Translations under genes and position numbers: made by a program
DNA from: Candidatus Methanomethylophilaceae archaeon
GTDB lineage: Archaea; Thermoplasmatota; Thermoplasmata; Methanomassiliicoccales; Methanomethylophilaceae
Direction: 5' to 3'
Assembly: GCA_050944155.1 (NCBI GenBank)
Contig: JBMNQN010000002.1
Span: 1 to 64,000, forward strand
DNA length: 64,000 nucleotides
The notes under the pieces: generated by a model
Database searches by the model: none
What the model was told of the DNA's origin: nothing
Seen by the model: the letters and a program-made list of their open reading frames with translations, nothing else
Shown here: piece by piece, positions 39,811 to 50,892 of the stretch
Position numbering within the stretch: the stretch's first letter is position 1
How the letters are laid out: every line of letters starts with the position of its first letter

Positions 39811-41046
39811 TTATATAACGATTTTACCGATAAGATGGGTAGGTTTGCATCCGGTTATTTCCGCCTCGGCAAAGGTGCCCAGAGGCAGACCCTCCGCTAT
39901 TCCCACGGGACGGTAGCTGTCCGTTCTGGCTATGACGGATCCGTCCTTTCCTTTTTCCGTCACAAGAATTCTGAAGGTTTTTCCCACGGTCTTTCTGTTG
40001 TTTTCCAGACAGATTTTGTTTTTGATTTCGGTGAGTTCGGCCGAACGCTCTTTCGCAATCCTTCCGTTGACCTGTTCCATCTCCGCGGCCTTCGTCCCCG
40101 GACGGGGGGAAAATCTCGTTATGTTGACCGTATCGGCTCTGAGTTTTTTCAGAATCTCTGCACTCATGCGGTGGTCTTCCTCCGTTTCTCCGGGAAATCC
40201 CGTAATCATGTCGGTGGATATGCTCATATCGGGATAGACGGAACGGATTTTTTTCACCAGTTCGATGTATTCCCCTGCGGTGTAACCCCTCCCCATAGCT
40301 TTCAGTATGTCGTCGCTGCCGCTCTGCAGCGGTATGTGAAGAAATCTGTACACTCTCGGATCTTCGAAAACTTCCAGAAGTCCGTCGAGAACCGGAGGGA
40401 TTCTGCAGGGATTCATCATTCCGATGCGCACTCTGTAGTCTCCGTCTTTTTCCAGCATGCGTTTCAGAAGAACGGAAAGATCCGTTCCCGAATCCGCTCC
40501 GTAGCAGACGGTATCCTGGGACGTTATCAGAATTTCCTTTGCTCCGCCGTCGATTTTTTTCCGGAATTCTTTAATCAGTTCCTCTTCGGGATAGCTTTTC
40601 AGTTTTCCCCTGGCGAAGCGCGTTATGCAGTATGTGCACGCTCCCAGACACCCCTGGGCGACGGGGAGTATCGCGGACACGGATGTTTTTCTGTGCTCCG
40701 AAGGAGCGCTCTGTCCGTATCTGTTCCCCACTTTTTCGGAAAAATCGGAATAATTTTTGGGAGTAATCACCAGGGAACCGGGAAGTCTTACCGCGATTCT
40801 TCCGGGCTGTACTTCCGCCATGCATCCCGTTACGATAACCTCTTTCCCGAGATTTCTCAGTTCGGTCATCCTTTTGACCATTTTTTTCTCGGTGGCCTCC
40901 ACTACCGTGCAGGTGTTCAGAATGACTATGTCGGCTTCTTCAGCCGATTCCGCTTCGGAATATCCCATCCCGGACATCCGCTCCGACAGCTGCTCTCCTT
41001 CACCGAAGTTCATGGTGCAGCCGTACGATTCCACGTAATGCTTCAT
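39811..41046 (-). CDS. tRNA t6A37 methylthiotransferase (MtaB/MiaB-like radical SAM)
   Basis: ESYGCTMN, NTCTV, GCLGACTYC, HIPLQSG, C-terminal TRAM domain; start trimmed to 41046. Confidence 0.92.
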   Translation of the reverse strand: MKHYVESYGCTMNFGEGEQLSERMSGMGYSEAESAEEADIVILNTCTVVEATEKKMVKRMTELRNLGKEVIVTGCMAEVQPGRIAVRLPGSLVITPKNYSDFSEKVGNRYGQSAPSEHRKTSVSAILPVAQGCLGACTYCITRFARGKLKSYPEEELIKEFRKKIDGGAKEILITSQDTVCYGADSGTDLSVLLKRMLEKDGDYRVRIGMMNPCRIPPVLDGLLEVFEDPRVYRFLHIPLQSGSDDILKAMGRGYTAGEYIELVKKIRSVYPDMSISTDMITGFPGETEEDHRMSAEILKKLRADTVNITRFSPRPGTKAAEMEQVNGRIAKERSAELTEIKNKICLENNRKTVGKTFRILVTEKGKDGSVIARTDSYRPVGIAEGLPLGTFAEAEITGCKPTHLIGKIVI

Positions 41047-41678
41047 CAGCGGGTCGGAGCCTCGTCGGTAACCTGTCCAAATGCAGTTTTTGCCGAGATG
41101 TTCGTAATCTTGGCGCGGACGCGGGAGCCTTTGGCGGTTCCGGGAACTATGATGACAAAATCTCCGAATTTGCCTATTCCGTCTCCTTTCTTTCCCACGT
41201 CGTTGATGCTGAGTTCCAGAACGTCTCCCACCTTCAGAACGTCCGCGTCCGCTTTCACGGTTTTGCGGACGGATATGGGACGCCGTGCGCCGCAGGCTTC
41301 GCACTCCAGCATCACTATGCGGTCCTCTTTGGTGAGTTTCGTGTCGGGACGTCCGCATTCGGTGCACAATACGTAAGTGTCCACGTACTGCTGCAGTCTG
41401 TCCGATATGTTCTGAGCGGGAATTTTAGCTTTGAACACCGCTCTTCTGTTGTCTACGTCGCCGGGGGTTCCCAGTTCCCTGAGCAGGAAATGCAGAAGGT
41501 GCTGGGGATCTCTCCGTACTTTGTCGGCGATGTCCATGAAGTTTCTGAGAATGGTGATTTTTCCTTCCTGAATCACGTCGAGTTCGGGAAGCGCGAATCT
41601 TTCGTGATTCTCTATGGTTTCGGGAAGGTTCATTTTGGCTCTTTCGAGCAGTGCCAAGTAATCGCTGTCGTCTTCCAT
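41046..41678 (-). CDS. eif2b: Translation initiation factor aIF2 beta with C-terminal TRAM domain
   Basis: ERF.LP...LRELGT...YVLCTECGRPDT...CEACGA, then KKGDGIG TRAM. Confidence 0.95.
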   Translation of the reverse strand: MEDDSDYLALLERAKMNLPETIENHERFALPELDVIQEGKITILRNFMDIADKVRRDPQHLLHFLLRELGTPGDVDNRRAVFKAKIPAQNISDRLQQYVDTYVLCTECGRPDTKLTKEDRIVMLECEACGARRPISVRKTVKADADVLKVGDVLELSINDVGKKGDGIGKFGDFVIIVPGTAKGSRVRAKITNISAKTAFGQVTDEAPTR

Positions 41679-41922
41679 AACTTATCCCTGACTCCGTTTA
41701 AGCGGACCAGCTTTTAAAACTTGTGCATGATACGCTGTATTATACATGCTTCGCGGGGAATCCCAAACGTCTCTCCGCGGTGCTTTTTCACCCATCGGAG
41801 CAAGTGTCAGGTGTAAAAGGTCTTAAATAGAGGGTTATGCTAGCCATGCTCCGCTATAGACCTTCAATATAGGTCTTTAAATATAGCGCGTGTATCGCGT
41901 TAACACTCATCGAGGTGAAAAA

Positions 41923-42351
41923 TTGGGAAGAGGTCTTAACACCGCAAGAAAAATGGAGGATGACAGGCAGAAATTCCGCTGGCTGGACAGAGGCTATAAG
42001 AAAAGAGTGCTCAAACTGAGGGAGAAATCCGACCCGTTGGAAGGATCCTCTCAGGCCAGAGGCATAGTGCTTGAGAAAGTGGGAATCGAAGCCAAGCAGC
42101 CCAACTCCGCCATACGCAAGTGCGTAAAGGTTCAGCTTATCAAAAACGGCCGTCAGGTTACCGCGTTTGCGGTAGGAGACGGAGCCATCAACTTCATAGA
42201 CGAGCACGACGAGGTTCTCATCGAAGGTATCGGCGGAAGAATGGGCCGTTCCTACGGGGACATTCCCGGAGTGCGTTTCAAAGTAGTCAAGGTCAACAAC
42301 GTTTCTCTTGACGAAATGGTCAGAGGAAGGACCGAGAAACCCGTAAGGTGA
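41923..42351 (+). CDS. rps12: 30S ribosomal protein S12 (uS12)
   Basis: [12 protein letters not shown]; TTG start after GAGGTGA. Confidence 0.98.
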   Translation: MGRGLNTARKMEDDRQKFRWLDRGYKKRVLKLREKSDPLEGSSQARGIVLEKVGIEAKQPNSAIRKCVKVQLIKNGRQVTAFAVGDGAINFIDEHDEVLIEGIGGRMGRSYGDIPGVRFKVVKVNNVSLDEMVRGRTEKPVR

Positions 42352-42356
42352 TTCAG

Positions 42357-42959
42357 ATGGCCGAAGAAGCAGTTTCAGGAAATACAGCGGCGGCCCCCAA
42401 GGCACTGATGTTCGGTAAGTACGATTCGACGGAAGTTGTCGTTGAAGACAGCGGCCTCGCCAAGTACATAGACCTCACCCCCACCAACATCCCCCATTCC
42501 GGAGGAAAGCACGCCAACAGATGGTTCGGAAAATCCAAACTGAGCATCGTCGAGAGGCTCATTAACGATATCATGAGAACCGAAAAATACACCGGCAAGA
42601 AGATGAAAGCTTACAAGACCGTTTCCCAGGCTTTCGACATAGTTGCCGAGAAGACCAAACAGAACCCTCTGCAGGTTCTTGTGACCGGGCTGCAGAACGC
42701 CGCCCCCAGGGAAGAGATAACCAGGCTTCAGTTCGGAGGAATTTCCGTTCCCAAAGCCGTGGACATCTCCCCCCAGAGAAGACTCGACATCGCCCTGCGC
42801 AACATGAGTGCCGGCGTTGTACAGGCGTCTTCCAAGAGCAAAAAATCCATCTCCGAATGTCTTGCCGACGAGATGCTTCTCGCCTCCAGAGGCGACATGC
42901 AGTCTTTCGCCGTATCCAAAAAGGAAGAGATAGAGAGAGTGGCGCAGGCCGCCAGGTGA
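42357..42959 (+). CDS. rps7: 30S ribosomal protein S7 (uS7)
   Basis: IVERLIN, NAAPREE, AVDISPQRR, KKEEIERVAQAAR. Confidence 0.98.
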   Translation: MAEEAVSGNTAAAPKALMFGKYDSTEVVVEDSGLAKYIDLTPTNIPHSGGKHANRWFGKSKLSIVERLINDIMRTEKYTGKKMKAYKTVSQAFDIVAEKTKQNPLQVLVTGLQNAAPREEITRLQFGGISVPKAVDISPQRRLDIALRNMSAGVVQASSKSKKSISECLADEMLLASRGDMQSFAVSKKEEIERVAQAAR

Positions 42960-42979
42960 TTCCGTACGGGTGAAATGAT

Positions 42980-45187
42980 ATGGCAAGAAAAGAAGAAAAC
43001 GCGCGAAAGGCAACCAAACTGATGAGATCTCCCGAGTTCATCAGAAACATAGGAACCGCAGCGCATATCGATCACGGAAAGACCACATTCTCTGACAACC
43101 TGATTGCGGGTGCCGGAATGATGTCCGCCGAACTCGCAGGAGAACAACGCGTTCTCGATTTCGACGACCAGGAAGCGGCGAGAGGAATAACCATCAACGC
43201 CGCCAGCGCATCCATGGTCCACCACTGGGAAGGAAAAGACTATCTCATCAACCTGATAGACACCCCCGGACACGTGGACTTCGGAGGAGACGTCACCAGG
43301 GCTATGAGGGCTCTCGACGGTGTGTTCATTCTCTGCTGCGCCGTGGAAGGAATCATGCCTCAGACCGAAACGGTCATCAAACAGGCTCTCAAAGAACGCG
43401 TCAGACCCATGCTGTTCATCAACAAAGTGGACAGAATGATCGTCGAACAGCAGGTTACCAAGGAAATGATGATCGAGAAGTTCTCGAGAATCATCGCCGA
43501 ATTCAACCAGAAGATCTACGCGAACCTCCCCGCCCCCCTCAACAAAGAGTGGCAGGTGAGCATTCAGGACGGCACCGTGGGATTCGGTTCCGCCTACAAC
43601 AACTGGGCAATAACCTCCACGGCCATGAAGAAGTACAACTTCTCCTTCAGCGATATTTTCGAATACTGCAAGAAGGAAGGCGGCCAGGCTGAGCTTGCCA
43701 AGAAAATACCCCTTCACGAAGTTGCTCTGGGAATGGCCATAAGGCACGTCCCCAACCCCGTTGAAGCGCAGAAACTCCGTATCCCCGTCATCTGGAAAGG
43801 AGACCTCAGTTCCACTGCCGGAAAGGCGATGGTTGCCTGCGACCCCAACGGACCCACTTCCCTGATGGTCACCAAAATCATCATGGATCCACACGCCGGC
43901 GAAGTTGCCTTCGGAAGACTGTTCTCCGGTTCCGTGAAAAAGGGAGATTCCCTGTACATATCCGGAATTTCCAACCCCCAGAGGGTTCAGACCGTCTCGC
44001 TTATGGTGGGAGGGGACAGAATCGCCATCGACGAGTGCGACGCCGGAAACATCGTTGCAATTACCGGTCTGAAAGACGCGATAGCCGGTTCCACCCTTAC
44101 TTCCGACAAAGACACGGAACCCTTCGAGAAGATGACCCACTATTCCGAGCCCGTGGTCACCAAAGCCATCGAGGCGAAGAACATGAAGGACCTTCCGAAG
44201 CTGGTGGAAGTACTCAGATCCATAGCGAAGGCGGACCCGTCTCTTAACATCGAAATCAACAACGACACCGGCGAACACCTGATATCCGGTATGGGAGAGC
44301 TTCACCTGGAGATTACCGAATACCGCATTATCAACGAACAGAAAGTGGATATCGTATCCTCTCCGCCTATCGTCGTTTACAGAGAGAGCGTCAAAGGACC
44401 CAACAACAGCGAGTTCGAAGGGAAATCCCCCAACAAGCACAACAAGTTCTACTTCATCGTAAAGCCTCTCGACGAGAGCATCATGGCGGCAATACGTGCC
44501 GGCGACATCGATGTGGAATCTAAAATAAAGGATCCGAAAGCTCTTGCGCACCAGCTCGAAGAGCTCGGAATGTCCAAAGACGAAGCCAAAGGCGTCGTCT
44601 GCTTCAAGAACACCAACGTCCTGCTCGACTGCACCAAAGGTATCCAGTACCTCCACGAAACCATGGAACTGGTGAAACAGGCCTTCGAAGAAGCCATGGT
44701 AAGAGGACCCCTCGCCAACGAGAAAGTCTCCGGCGTCAAGGTCATGCTCATGGACGCAAAACTTCACGAAGACACGATCCACAGAGGTCCCGCCCAGGTC
44801 ATCCCGGCGGTAAGGGACGGTATTTACGGTGCTATGTGTCAGGCCGGAAGAATCCTTCTTGAACCCATGCAGAAACTGTTCATCAGCGTTCCCCCGGATT
44901 ACATGGGAGGCGCGGTCAACATGGTGACCCAGCGTCGCGGAACGATTCTCGAGATGGGGCAGGAAGGAGCCGATTCCACCGTAACCGCAACGGTCCCCGT
45001 TTCGGACATGTTCGGATTCGCATCGGATATCCGCAGCGCAACACAGGGACGTGCCCTTTGGTCCACCGAGAACTCCGGATTCCAGCAGGTTCCCGCGGAA
45101 CTCCAGAAAAAGGTGGTTTCGGAGATCAGAACCAGGAAAGGACTCAATCCCGAGCCCTATGACGAACGCTATTACGCGGGAGTGTAA
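42980..45187 (+). CDS. fusA: Elongation factor aEF-2
   Basis: AHIDHGKTT, RGITI, DTPGH, NKVD, diphthamide loop HEDTIHRG. Confidence 0.99.
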   Translation: MARKEENARKATKLMRSPEFIRNIGTAAHIDHGKTTFSDNLIAGAGMMSAELAGEQRVLDFDDQEAARGITINAASASMVHHWEGKDYLINLIDTPGHVDFGGDVTRAMRALDGVFILCCAVEGIMPQTETVIKQALKERVRPMLFINKVDRMIVEQQVTKEMMIEKFSRIIAEFNQKIYANLPAPLNKEWQVSIQDGTVGFGSAYNNWAITSTAMKKYNFSFSDIFEYCKKEGGQAELAKKIPLHEVALGMAIRHVPNPVEAQKLRIPVIWKGDLSSTAGKAMVACDPNGPTSLMVTKIIMDPHAGEVAFGRLFSGSVKKGDSLYISGISNPQRVQTVSLMVGGDRIAIDECDAGNIVAITGLKDAIAGSTLTSDKDTEPFEKMTHYSEPVVTKAIEAKNMKDLPKLVEVLRSIAKADPSLNIEINNDTGEHLISGMGELHLEITEYRIINEQKVDIVSSPPIVVYRESVKGPNNSEFEGKSPNKHNKFYFIVKPLDESIMAAIRAGDIDVESKIKDPKALAHQLEELGMSKDEAKGVVCFKNTNVLLDCTKGIQYLHETMELVKQAFEEAMVRGPLANEKVSGVKVMLMDAKLHEDTIHRGPAQVIPAVRDGIYGAMCQAGRILLEPMQKLFISVPPDYMGGAVNMVTQRRGTILEMGQEGADSTVTATVPVSDMFGFASDIRSATQGRALWSTENSGFQQVPAELQKKVVSEIRTRKGLNPEPYDERYYAGV

Positions 45188-45253
45188 ACATTAAATAATA
45201 AACATCTTATGCTAACACAATCCAAGAGAATATAAATCAAAGGAGAGAAAGAA

Positions 45254-46516
45254 ATGGCTGACAAAGAGCACATGAATCTGGTCATCATCGGTCACGTCGA
45301 CCACGGAAAGTCCACCCTTACCGGAAGGATTCTTCTCGAAGCCGGCGCAATCGAGCCCCACATAGTCGAGAAATACAAGAAAGAAGCCGAGGAGAAAGGG
45401 AAAGGTACCTTCTACTTCGCCTGGGTCATGGACGGACTCAAGGAAGAGAGGGAGAGGGGAGTCACCATCGACCTGGCACACAAGAAGTTCTACACCGACA
45501 AGTACTTCTACACTGTCATTGACGCACCCGGTCACCGTGACTTCGTCAAGAACATGATCACCGGTACCTCTCAGGCGGACTGCGCAATCATCACCTGTTC
45601 TGCAATCGAAGGACCTCAGGCCCAGACCAAAGAGCACGTGTTCCTCGCGACCACCCTGGGTATCAAACAGATTGTCGTCGCAATCAACAAAATGGACGCA
45701 GTCAACTACGACCAGAAAAAATTCGAAGACGCCAAGAATGCCATGCTCAAACTCATGGCGACCGTAGGAGCCAAACCCATGGAGGTCATACCCGTTTCCG
45801 CTTACATGGGAGACAACATAAAGACCAAGTCCGACAAGACCCCCTGGTACACCGGAGCTACTCTCTTCCAGGCTCTCGACAACTTCAAAGTTCCCGAGAA
45901 GCACACCGAGAAGCCCCTCAGGCTGCCCATACAGGACGTCTACACCATCACCGGTATCGGAACCGTTCCCGTAGGACGTGTTGAAACCGGAGTACTCAAG
46001 CCCAACATGAAAGTCATGTTCGAGCCCTCCCACGTAGTCGGAGAAGTGAAATCCATCGAGGCTCACCACGAGACTCTCCCCAGCGCGGTTCCCGGAGACA
46101 ACGTCGGATTCAACGTCCGCGGAGTTTCCAAGAACGATGTGAAGAGAGGAGACGTAGCCGGACCCGTTGACAACCCGCCCTCCGTTGCGAAATCTTTCGT
46201 GGCGCAGATCGTTGTTCTCAACCACCCCTCCGTGATTACCGTCGGATACACCCCCGTGTTCCACTGCCACACTTCGCAGACCGCATGCAGAATCACCGAG
46301 CTCATCAAAACCATCGACCCCAAATCCGGTGCCGTAAAGAAGGAGCACCCCGACTTCATTAAGACCGGGGACATTGCCTTCGTAAGATGCGAGCCCACCA
46401 AACCGATGGTCATCGAAACTGCGAAAGAGTACCCCCCTCTCGGAAGGTTCGCCATCCGCGATATGGGACAGACTGTCGCTGCCGGTGCCTGCGTAGAAGT
46501 CGAGAAATCCAACTGA
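45254..46516 (+). CDS. tuf: Elongation factor aEF-1 alpha
   Basis: [18 protein letters not shown]. Confidence 0.99.
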   Translation: MADKEHMNLVIIGHVDHGKSTLTGRILLEAGAIEPHIVEKYKKEAEEKGKGTFYFAWVMDGLKEERERGVTIDLAHKKFYTDKYFYTVIDAPGHRDFVKNMITGTSQADCAIITCSAIEGPQAQTKEHVFLATTLGIKQIVVAINKMDAVNYDQKKFEDAKNAMLKLMATVGAKPMEVIPVSAYMGDNIKTKSDKTPWYTGATLFQALDNFKVPEKHTEKPLRLPIQDVYTITGIGTVPVGRVETGVLKPNMKVMFEPSHVVGEVKSIEAHHETLPSAVPGDNVGFNVRGVSKNDVKRGDVAGPVDNPPSVAKSFVAQIVVLNHPSVITVGYTPVFHCHTSQTACRITELIKTIDPKSGAVKKEHPDFIKTGDIAFVRCEPTKPMVIETAKEYPPLGRFAIRDMGQTVAAGACVEVEKSN

Positions 46517-46525
46517 GGGCTTTGA

Positions 46526-46840
46526 ATGGCACAGCGCGCAAGAATATCTCTCAGCGGTTGCGACCCGGTAAAGGTCGGCAACGTATGCAGTCAGATTAAG
46601 ACCATTTCCCAGAGGACCGGCGTGGATATCCGCGGCCCCGTCCCCCTTCCCACCAAGAAGCTCAGGGTTCCCTGCAGAAAGAGCCCCGACGGAGAGGGAA
46701 GCGAAACCTGGGATCACTGGGAGATGCGCATCCACAAGAGACTCATCGACCTGGATGCGGACGAGCGCGCGCTCAGGCAGCTCATGAGAATAGATGTTCC
46801 CGACGGCGTGAACATCGAAATCGTTCTGCGCAGCGTCTGA
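46526..46840 (+). CDS. rps10: 30S ribosomal protein S10 (uS10)
   Basis: GPVPLPTK...[11 protein letters not shown]. Confidence 0.98.
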   Translation: MAQRARISLSGCDPVKVGNVCSQIKTISQRTGVDIRGPVPLPTKKLRVPCRKSPDGEGSETWDHWEMRIHKRLIDLDADERALRQLMRIDVPDGVNIEIVLRSV

Positions 46841-46857
46841 AACACTTTTAATATCAC

Positions 46858-46890
46858 GGCGGGGATTTCCCCGCCTCCCCTTTTCTTTAA
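46858..46890 (+). terminator. Hairpin plus T-tract terminator of the str operon
   Basis: GGCGGGG-ATTT-CCCCGCC followed by TCCCCTTTTCTTT. Confidence 0.7.
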
Positions 46891-46937
46891 TCAGTTATTT
46901 ATTGCAGTTACCGATAGCCCTATGCAGGGTAACGCAG

Positions 46938-48584
46938 ATGAGAAGCGACGCAGTCAAAAAAGGCATCGACAAAGCGCCCGCCAGAAGTCTTCTGAGGGCG
47001 GACGGTCTTAAAGACGAAGATTTTGAAAAACCCTTCATAGGGATCGCAAATTCCTGGAACGAAGTCGTTCCCGGACATATACACCTCAACGAACTCGTGG
47101 AGGAAGTGAAAAAAGGAATCATCGAAGCCGGAGGATATCCGTTCGTTTTCGGAGTTCCCGCCGTCTGCGACGGAATAGCCATGGGACACAACGGAATGAG
47201 ATATTCCCTGATATCCAGAGAAGTGATTTCCGACTGCTGCGAGGTTATGGTCGAAGGACATGCTTTCGACGGATGGGTGGGAGTGACCAACTGCGACAAA
47301 GTGACTCCCGGGATGCTGATGGCCGCGGGAAGGATGAACATTCCAGCAATCATGCTGACGGGCGGTGCCATGGAAGCGGGAAAAGAAGGGGACAGCAATC
47401 TGGACCTTCAGTCCGTGTTCGAAGCCCTCGGCGAATATTCCGCGGGAAAAGCGGACGAAGCTTACGTCAAAAACATAGAATGCAGGGCATGCCCCGGAAG
47501 GGGAAGCTGCTCCGGACTTTTCACGGCAAACACCATGGCGTGTCTGACGGAGACGCTGGGACTCAGTCTCGAAGGATGCGCGACCACAATCGCCACCGAT
47601 AAAAAGAAACTGAAAATCGCCCGCGAAACCGGTAGAAAAGCGGTGGAACTGGCAATCAATAACATAAGACCCAGAGACATAGCTTCGGACGCTTCCTTCA
47701 GAAACGCCGTAAGAACGGATATGGCAATCGGTGGTTCCACAAACACCGCTCTTCACATTCCCGCCATTTCCAAGGATTTCGGATGTTCCGTCGATTTAAA
47801 CGACTTCGACAGAATATCCAGGGAGGTCCCCCACATAACCAGTCTAAGGCCTGCGGGACCCTACAGCATCGCGGATCTGGACGCGGCGGGAGGAATCCCG
47901 GCGGTTCTCCACAGACTTTACAATGTTCTGGAAGACGCCCCCACGGTGAACGGCAGAAACATCAAAGAGATAGCCGCTTCCGCGAAAGTCGTCGATCCCG
48001 AAATCATAAGGCCTATGGACAGGCCATTCCACGAACAGGGAGGCATAGCCGTTCTGAAAGGGAACCTGGCACCTTTGGGTTCCGTCGTGAAACAGGCCGC
48101 GGTAAGTCCCGAAATGATGAAGTTTTCCGGACGTGCCAGAGTGTTCGACGGCGAGAAAAGCGCCACCGAAGCGATCGTGAACGGATCCGTAAAACCCGGC
48201 GACGTCGTGGTGATAAGATACGAAGGTCCCAAGGGAGCTCCGGGTATGCCCGAAATGCTCTCCCCCACCAGTCTCATAATAGGACGCGGACTGGGAGATT
48301 CCGTCGCCCTCATAACGGACGGAAGGTTCTCCGGCGCCTCCAGAGGCGGAGCCATCGGCCATGTTTCCCCCGAAGCTTACGAAGGAGGGCCCATAGCGGC
48401 GGTGAAAGACGGAGACATAATCGACATCGACATTCCTTCAAGGACTCTTAACGTAAGACTGTCGGACGCCGAAATAAAGAAAAGGCTGTCCGAAGCCAAA
48501 AGAGTCGAACGTCCGGTCAACGGCGTGCAGAAGAAGTACAGGAAACTGGTGTCCAACGGAGCCAACGGCGCGTATATGGAATGA
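46938..48584 (+). CDS. ilvD: Dihydroxy-acid dehydratase
   Basis: CDGIAMGH, CDK, CSGLFTANTM, GGSTN, GMPEM, TDGRFSG. Confidence 0.97.
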   Translation: MRSDAVKKGIDKAPARSLLRADGLKDEDFEKPFIGIANSWNEVVPGHIHLNELVEEVKKGIIEAGGYPFVFGVPAVCDGIAMGHNGMRYSLISREVISDCCEVMVEGHAFDGWVGVTNCDKVTPGMLMAAGRMNIPAIMLTGGAMEAGKEGDSNLDLQSVFEALGEYSAGKADEAYVKNIECRACPGRGSCSGLFTANTMACLTETLGLSLEGCATTIATDKKKLKIARETGRKAVELAINNIRPRDIASDASFRNAVRTDMAIGGSTNTALHIPAISKDFGCSVDLNDFDRISREVPHITSLRPAGPYSIADLDAAGGIPAVLHRLYNVLEDAPTVNGRNIKEIAASAKVVDPEIIRPMDRPFHEQGGIAVLKGNLAPLGSVVKQAAVSPEMMKFSGRARVFDGEKSATEAIVNGSVKPGDVVVIRYEGPKGAPGMPEMLSPTSLIIGRGLGDSVALITDGRFSGASRGGAIGHVSPEAYEGGPIAAVKDGDIIDIDIPSRTLNVRLSDAEIKKRLSEAKRVERPVNGVQKKYRKLVSNGANGAYME

Positions 48585-48590
48585 TGTTCC

Positions 48591-49100
48591 ATGGTCGTAA
48601 GGGACGAATTCAAAGTCGACGAACACGGGTTCACCCGTGACGGATACGAGGTTCTTCCGAAACGTTCGATCGGCAGTATGTACGTCGGAAAAATCATTAC
48701 GTTCGTCATCTTAGCGGCGGTGTTCTACGGTGTTTACTATTTCGGCGACTTGCCCAAAATAGCAGAAATCCTTATGCTGGCACTTTTTGCGGTAATAACG
48801 GCATATCTTTTTCTGAGCCCCCCGGTTTACTACGCTCGCTACAGGTATAAAATCGACAAAGACCGCATAGACATCCGTCACGGGGTCATCTTCATAACCC
48901 ACGACATAGTGCCCATAGAAAGAATACACCAGCTGGCGGTTTCCCGCGGTCCTGTAAACAATATGTTCCGTCTTGCGGATGTTGCCGTAACAACCGCAGG
49001 AGGGACAGTAACCCTGAAGTTCCTGGAAATAGAAACCGCCGAAGATATTGCGGACAAACTCAACGAATACATCGAGGAACTGCTGAGAAAGAGGGAATGA
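48591..49100 (+). CDS. YdbS-like membrane protein with bacterial PH domain
   Basis: 2 TM segments, then RY.I...I.HG......VP.ERI.....GP...TAGG. Confidence 0.85.
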   Translation: MVVRDEFKVDEHGFTRDGYEVLPKRSIGSMYVGKIITFVILAAVFYGVYYFGDLPKIAEILMLALFAVITAYLFLSPPVYYARYRYKIDKDRIDIRHGVIFITHDIVPIERIHQLAVSRGPVNNMFRLADVAVTTAGGTVTLKFLEIETAEDIADKLNEYIEELLRKRE

Positions 49101-49101
49101 A

Positions 49102-50634
49102 GTGCAGGACGGACAGAACGGAATGCCGGATTTCGCGGAAAACCCTCAGTCAGTGTCGGAAGCCGTACCTCCGGTCGAAAAGATTCGCTGCCATCCCGTG
49201 ATGGTTGTCGAATTTGCTCTGCAGGGTCTTATTTTCGGCATCATCGTGGCATATGTCGCGGGCGCATTTCTCGCGGATTATCCGGAGATACCCGGAATTT
49301 ATGTTTCCGACGCTCTGCTGGTTCTGTTTCTGGCATCCTTCATTTGGATAGGTTACTGGCGTTGGAAAAAAACCACGGTCACTTTCACGGAAAACGAAAT
49401 GACCGTCGTCCGTGACACGGTTTTCAAACTCAACAAAAGAATTCCTTATTCGAAAATTGCGTCCGTGAACGCAAACAGGGGAATTCTTAACCGTATTACA
49501 GGAACGACGAAGCTTCTGTTCAACGTCAACAGTGCCGTGAATGCGGCTCTTCCGGAAGTTTCTCTGATATTCGGCAAGGAAACGGCGGACAGAATAAGAT
49601 CCGATCTTTCCGGAAAGATGTACGATAACAACATGGTTCCGGAAAACGAAAAATCCATTCCGTCCATCGTCGACGTGACAGCCAAAGACATCGTGTTTCA
49701 CAGTTTCCTGTCGCAGCCCACCGCCGTTTCGATATACGGTCTCATTTTCTTCGTCATAGGGCTGCTACAGATAATATTCCAGGGTGCAACGGCCGGATTC
49801 ACGGCAACGGTCATGCTGTTCGTTCCCGGTTACGTTTTCCCCGTAATAACTACGATTTTTTACTACTACGGATACAAAATATACCGTATCGGTGATACGA
49901 TTTACATCAGTCACGGGCTGATAAGGGAGTACAAAACCTCTTTCAAAATCAACAAAATAAACGCCGTGGTGGTATTTTCTCCGCTGTTTCCCAGAATGAT
50001 AAAAATGAAGATGATCCGCGCGGAGGTTCTGGGTCTCGGTTCATCCGAGGAAAAGGGGCAGACCCCTCTTCTGTGTCCGCTCAAAGACAGCCTAACGGTG
50101 GAAAAGATTCTGAACGCGCTGGTCCCCGAACTCAACGAGAAATTCGAAACGGATCTGCAGCCTCCCGAAGCGGCGAAGCCGATTCTCACAAATGCTCTGC
50201 TGTGGTCGATTGTAACCGCTGCGGTGATTTTCATTGTTTTTGCGGCCGTATCCAGAAGCTACGACGTCGGCGTTTACGGAATACTGTTCCCGATTGCCGC
50301 CGCTCTGGCTGTCATTGCGTATTTTGCTTACGGCATACGTTCCACAAAGGTTCTGAAATACGGTCTGGGAACCGACGTTTTTACGATGGTTACCGGAGTA
50401 ATAGACCGCGCCGAGATGACTATGTATTACGATAAAGTACAGATAGCCAGCGTGAAGAACGGCCCCGTCTCCAGAATATGGAATGTTTCCAGATGCGAAG
50501 TGAGTCTTCTTTCCGCCTCGGGAGAAAAGAAAACCAAATCCGGTTATTTCAGAACCGAAGATTTAGAGAAAATTCCGGATATTGTGGTGGACCGCATCGT
50601 GGAGGGACGCTACGATTACAGAAAATATCTGTGA
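49102..50634 (+). CDS. YdbT-like membrane protein with three bacterial PH domains
   Basis: Three TM-pair plus PH units (IPYSKIASV, KINKINAV, YDKVQ); follows the ydbS-like gene. Confidence 0.8.
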   Translation: MQDGQNGMPDFAENPQSVSEAVPPVEKIRCHPVMVVEFALQGLIFGIIVAYVAGAFLADYPEIPGIYVSDALLVLFLASFIWIGYWRWKKTTVTFTENEMTVVRDTVFKLNKRIPYSKIASVNANRGILNRITGTTKLLFNVNSAVNAALPEVSLIFGKETADRIRSDLSGKMYDNNMVPENEKSIPSIVDVTAKDIVFHSFLSQPTAVSIYGLIFFVIGLLQIIFQGATAGFTATVMLFVPGYVFPVITTIFYYYGYKIYRIGDTIYISHGLIREYKTSFKINKINAVVVFSPLFPRMIKMKMIRAEVLGLGSSEEKGQTPLLCPLKDSLTVEKILNALVPELNEKFETDLQPPEAAKPILTNALLWSIVTAAVIFIVFAAVSRSYDVGVYGILFPIAAALAVIAYFAYGIRSTKVLKYGLGTDVFTMVTGVIDRAEMTMYYDKVQIASVKNGPVSRIWNVSRCEVSLLSASGEKKTKSGYFRTEDLEKIPDIVVDRIVEGRYDYRKYL

Positions 50635-50892
50635 TTACTGAACTTTTTTTGCCCACTCTATGAGGAAACGGGCAAGAGATTCGGATTTATCGGGATCTAT
50701 TCCGAAATCAAGTGCCAGCCTCCGGTATCTTTCTTTTACCAGGGTTTCCGTTTCGGGGTCTTCCACTTCCAGATCGTTGAAGAATTTGTAACGTCCGATT
50801 TCTTCGGCGGTACGGAGTCTTTCCGCAACCAGATACAGAATTTCGTAATCGATGTCGGCTATGAGTTTTCTCAGTTTTTCTATGTCGGTCAT
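50635..50892 (-). CDS. Chorismate mutase (AroQ type)
   Basis: LRK.IADID.EIL.L..ER......IG.YK; ATGA overlap with aroC. Confidence 0.85.
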   Translation of the reverse strand: MTDIEKLRKLIADIDYEILYLVAERLRTAEEIGRYKFFNDLEVEDPETETLVKERYRRLALDFGIDPDKSESLARFLIEWAKKVQ

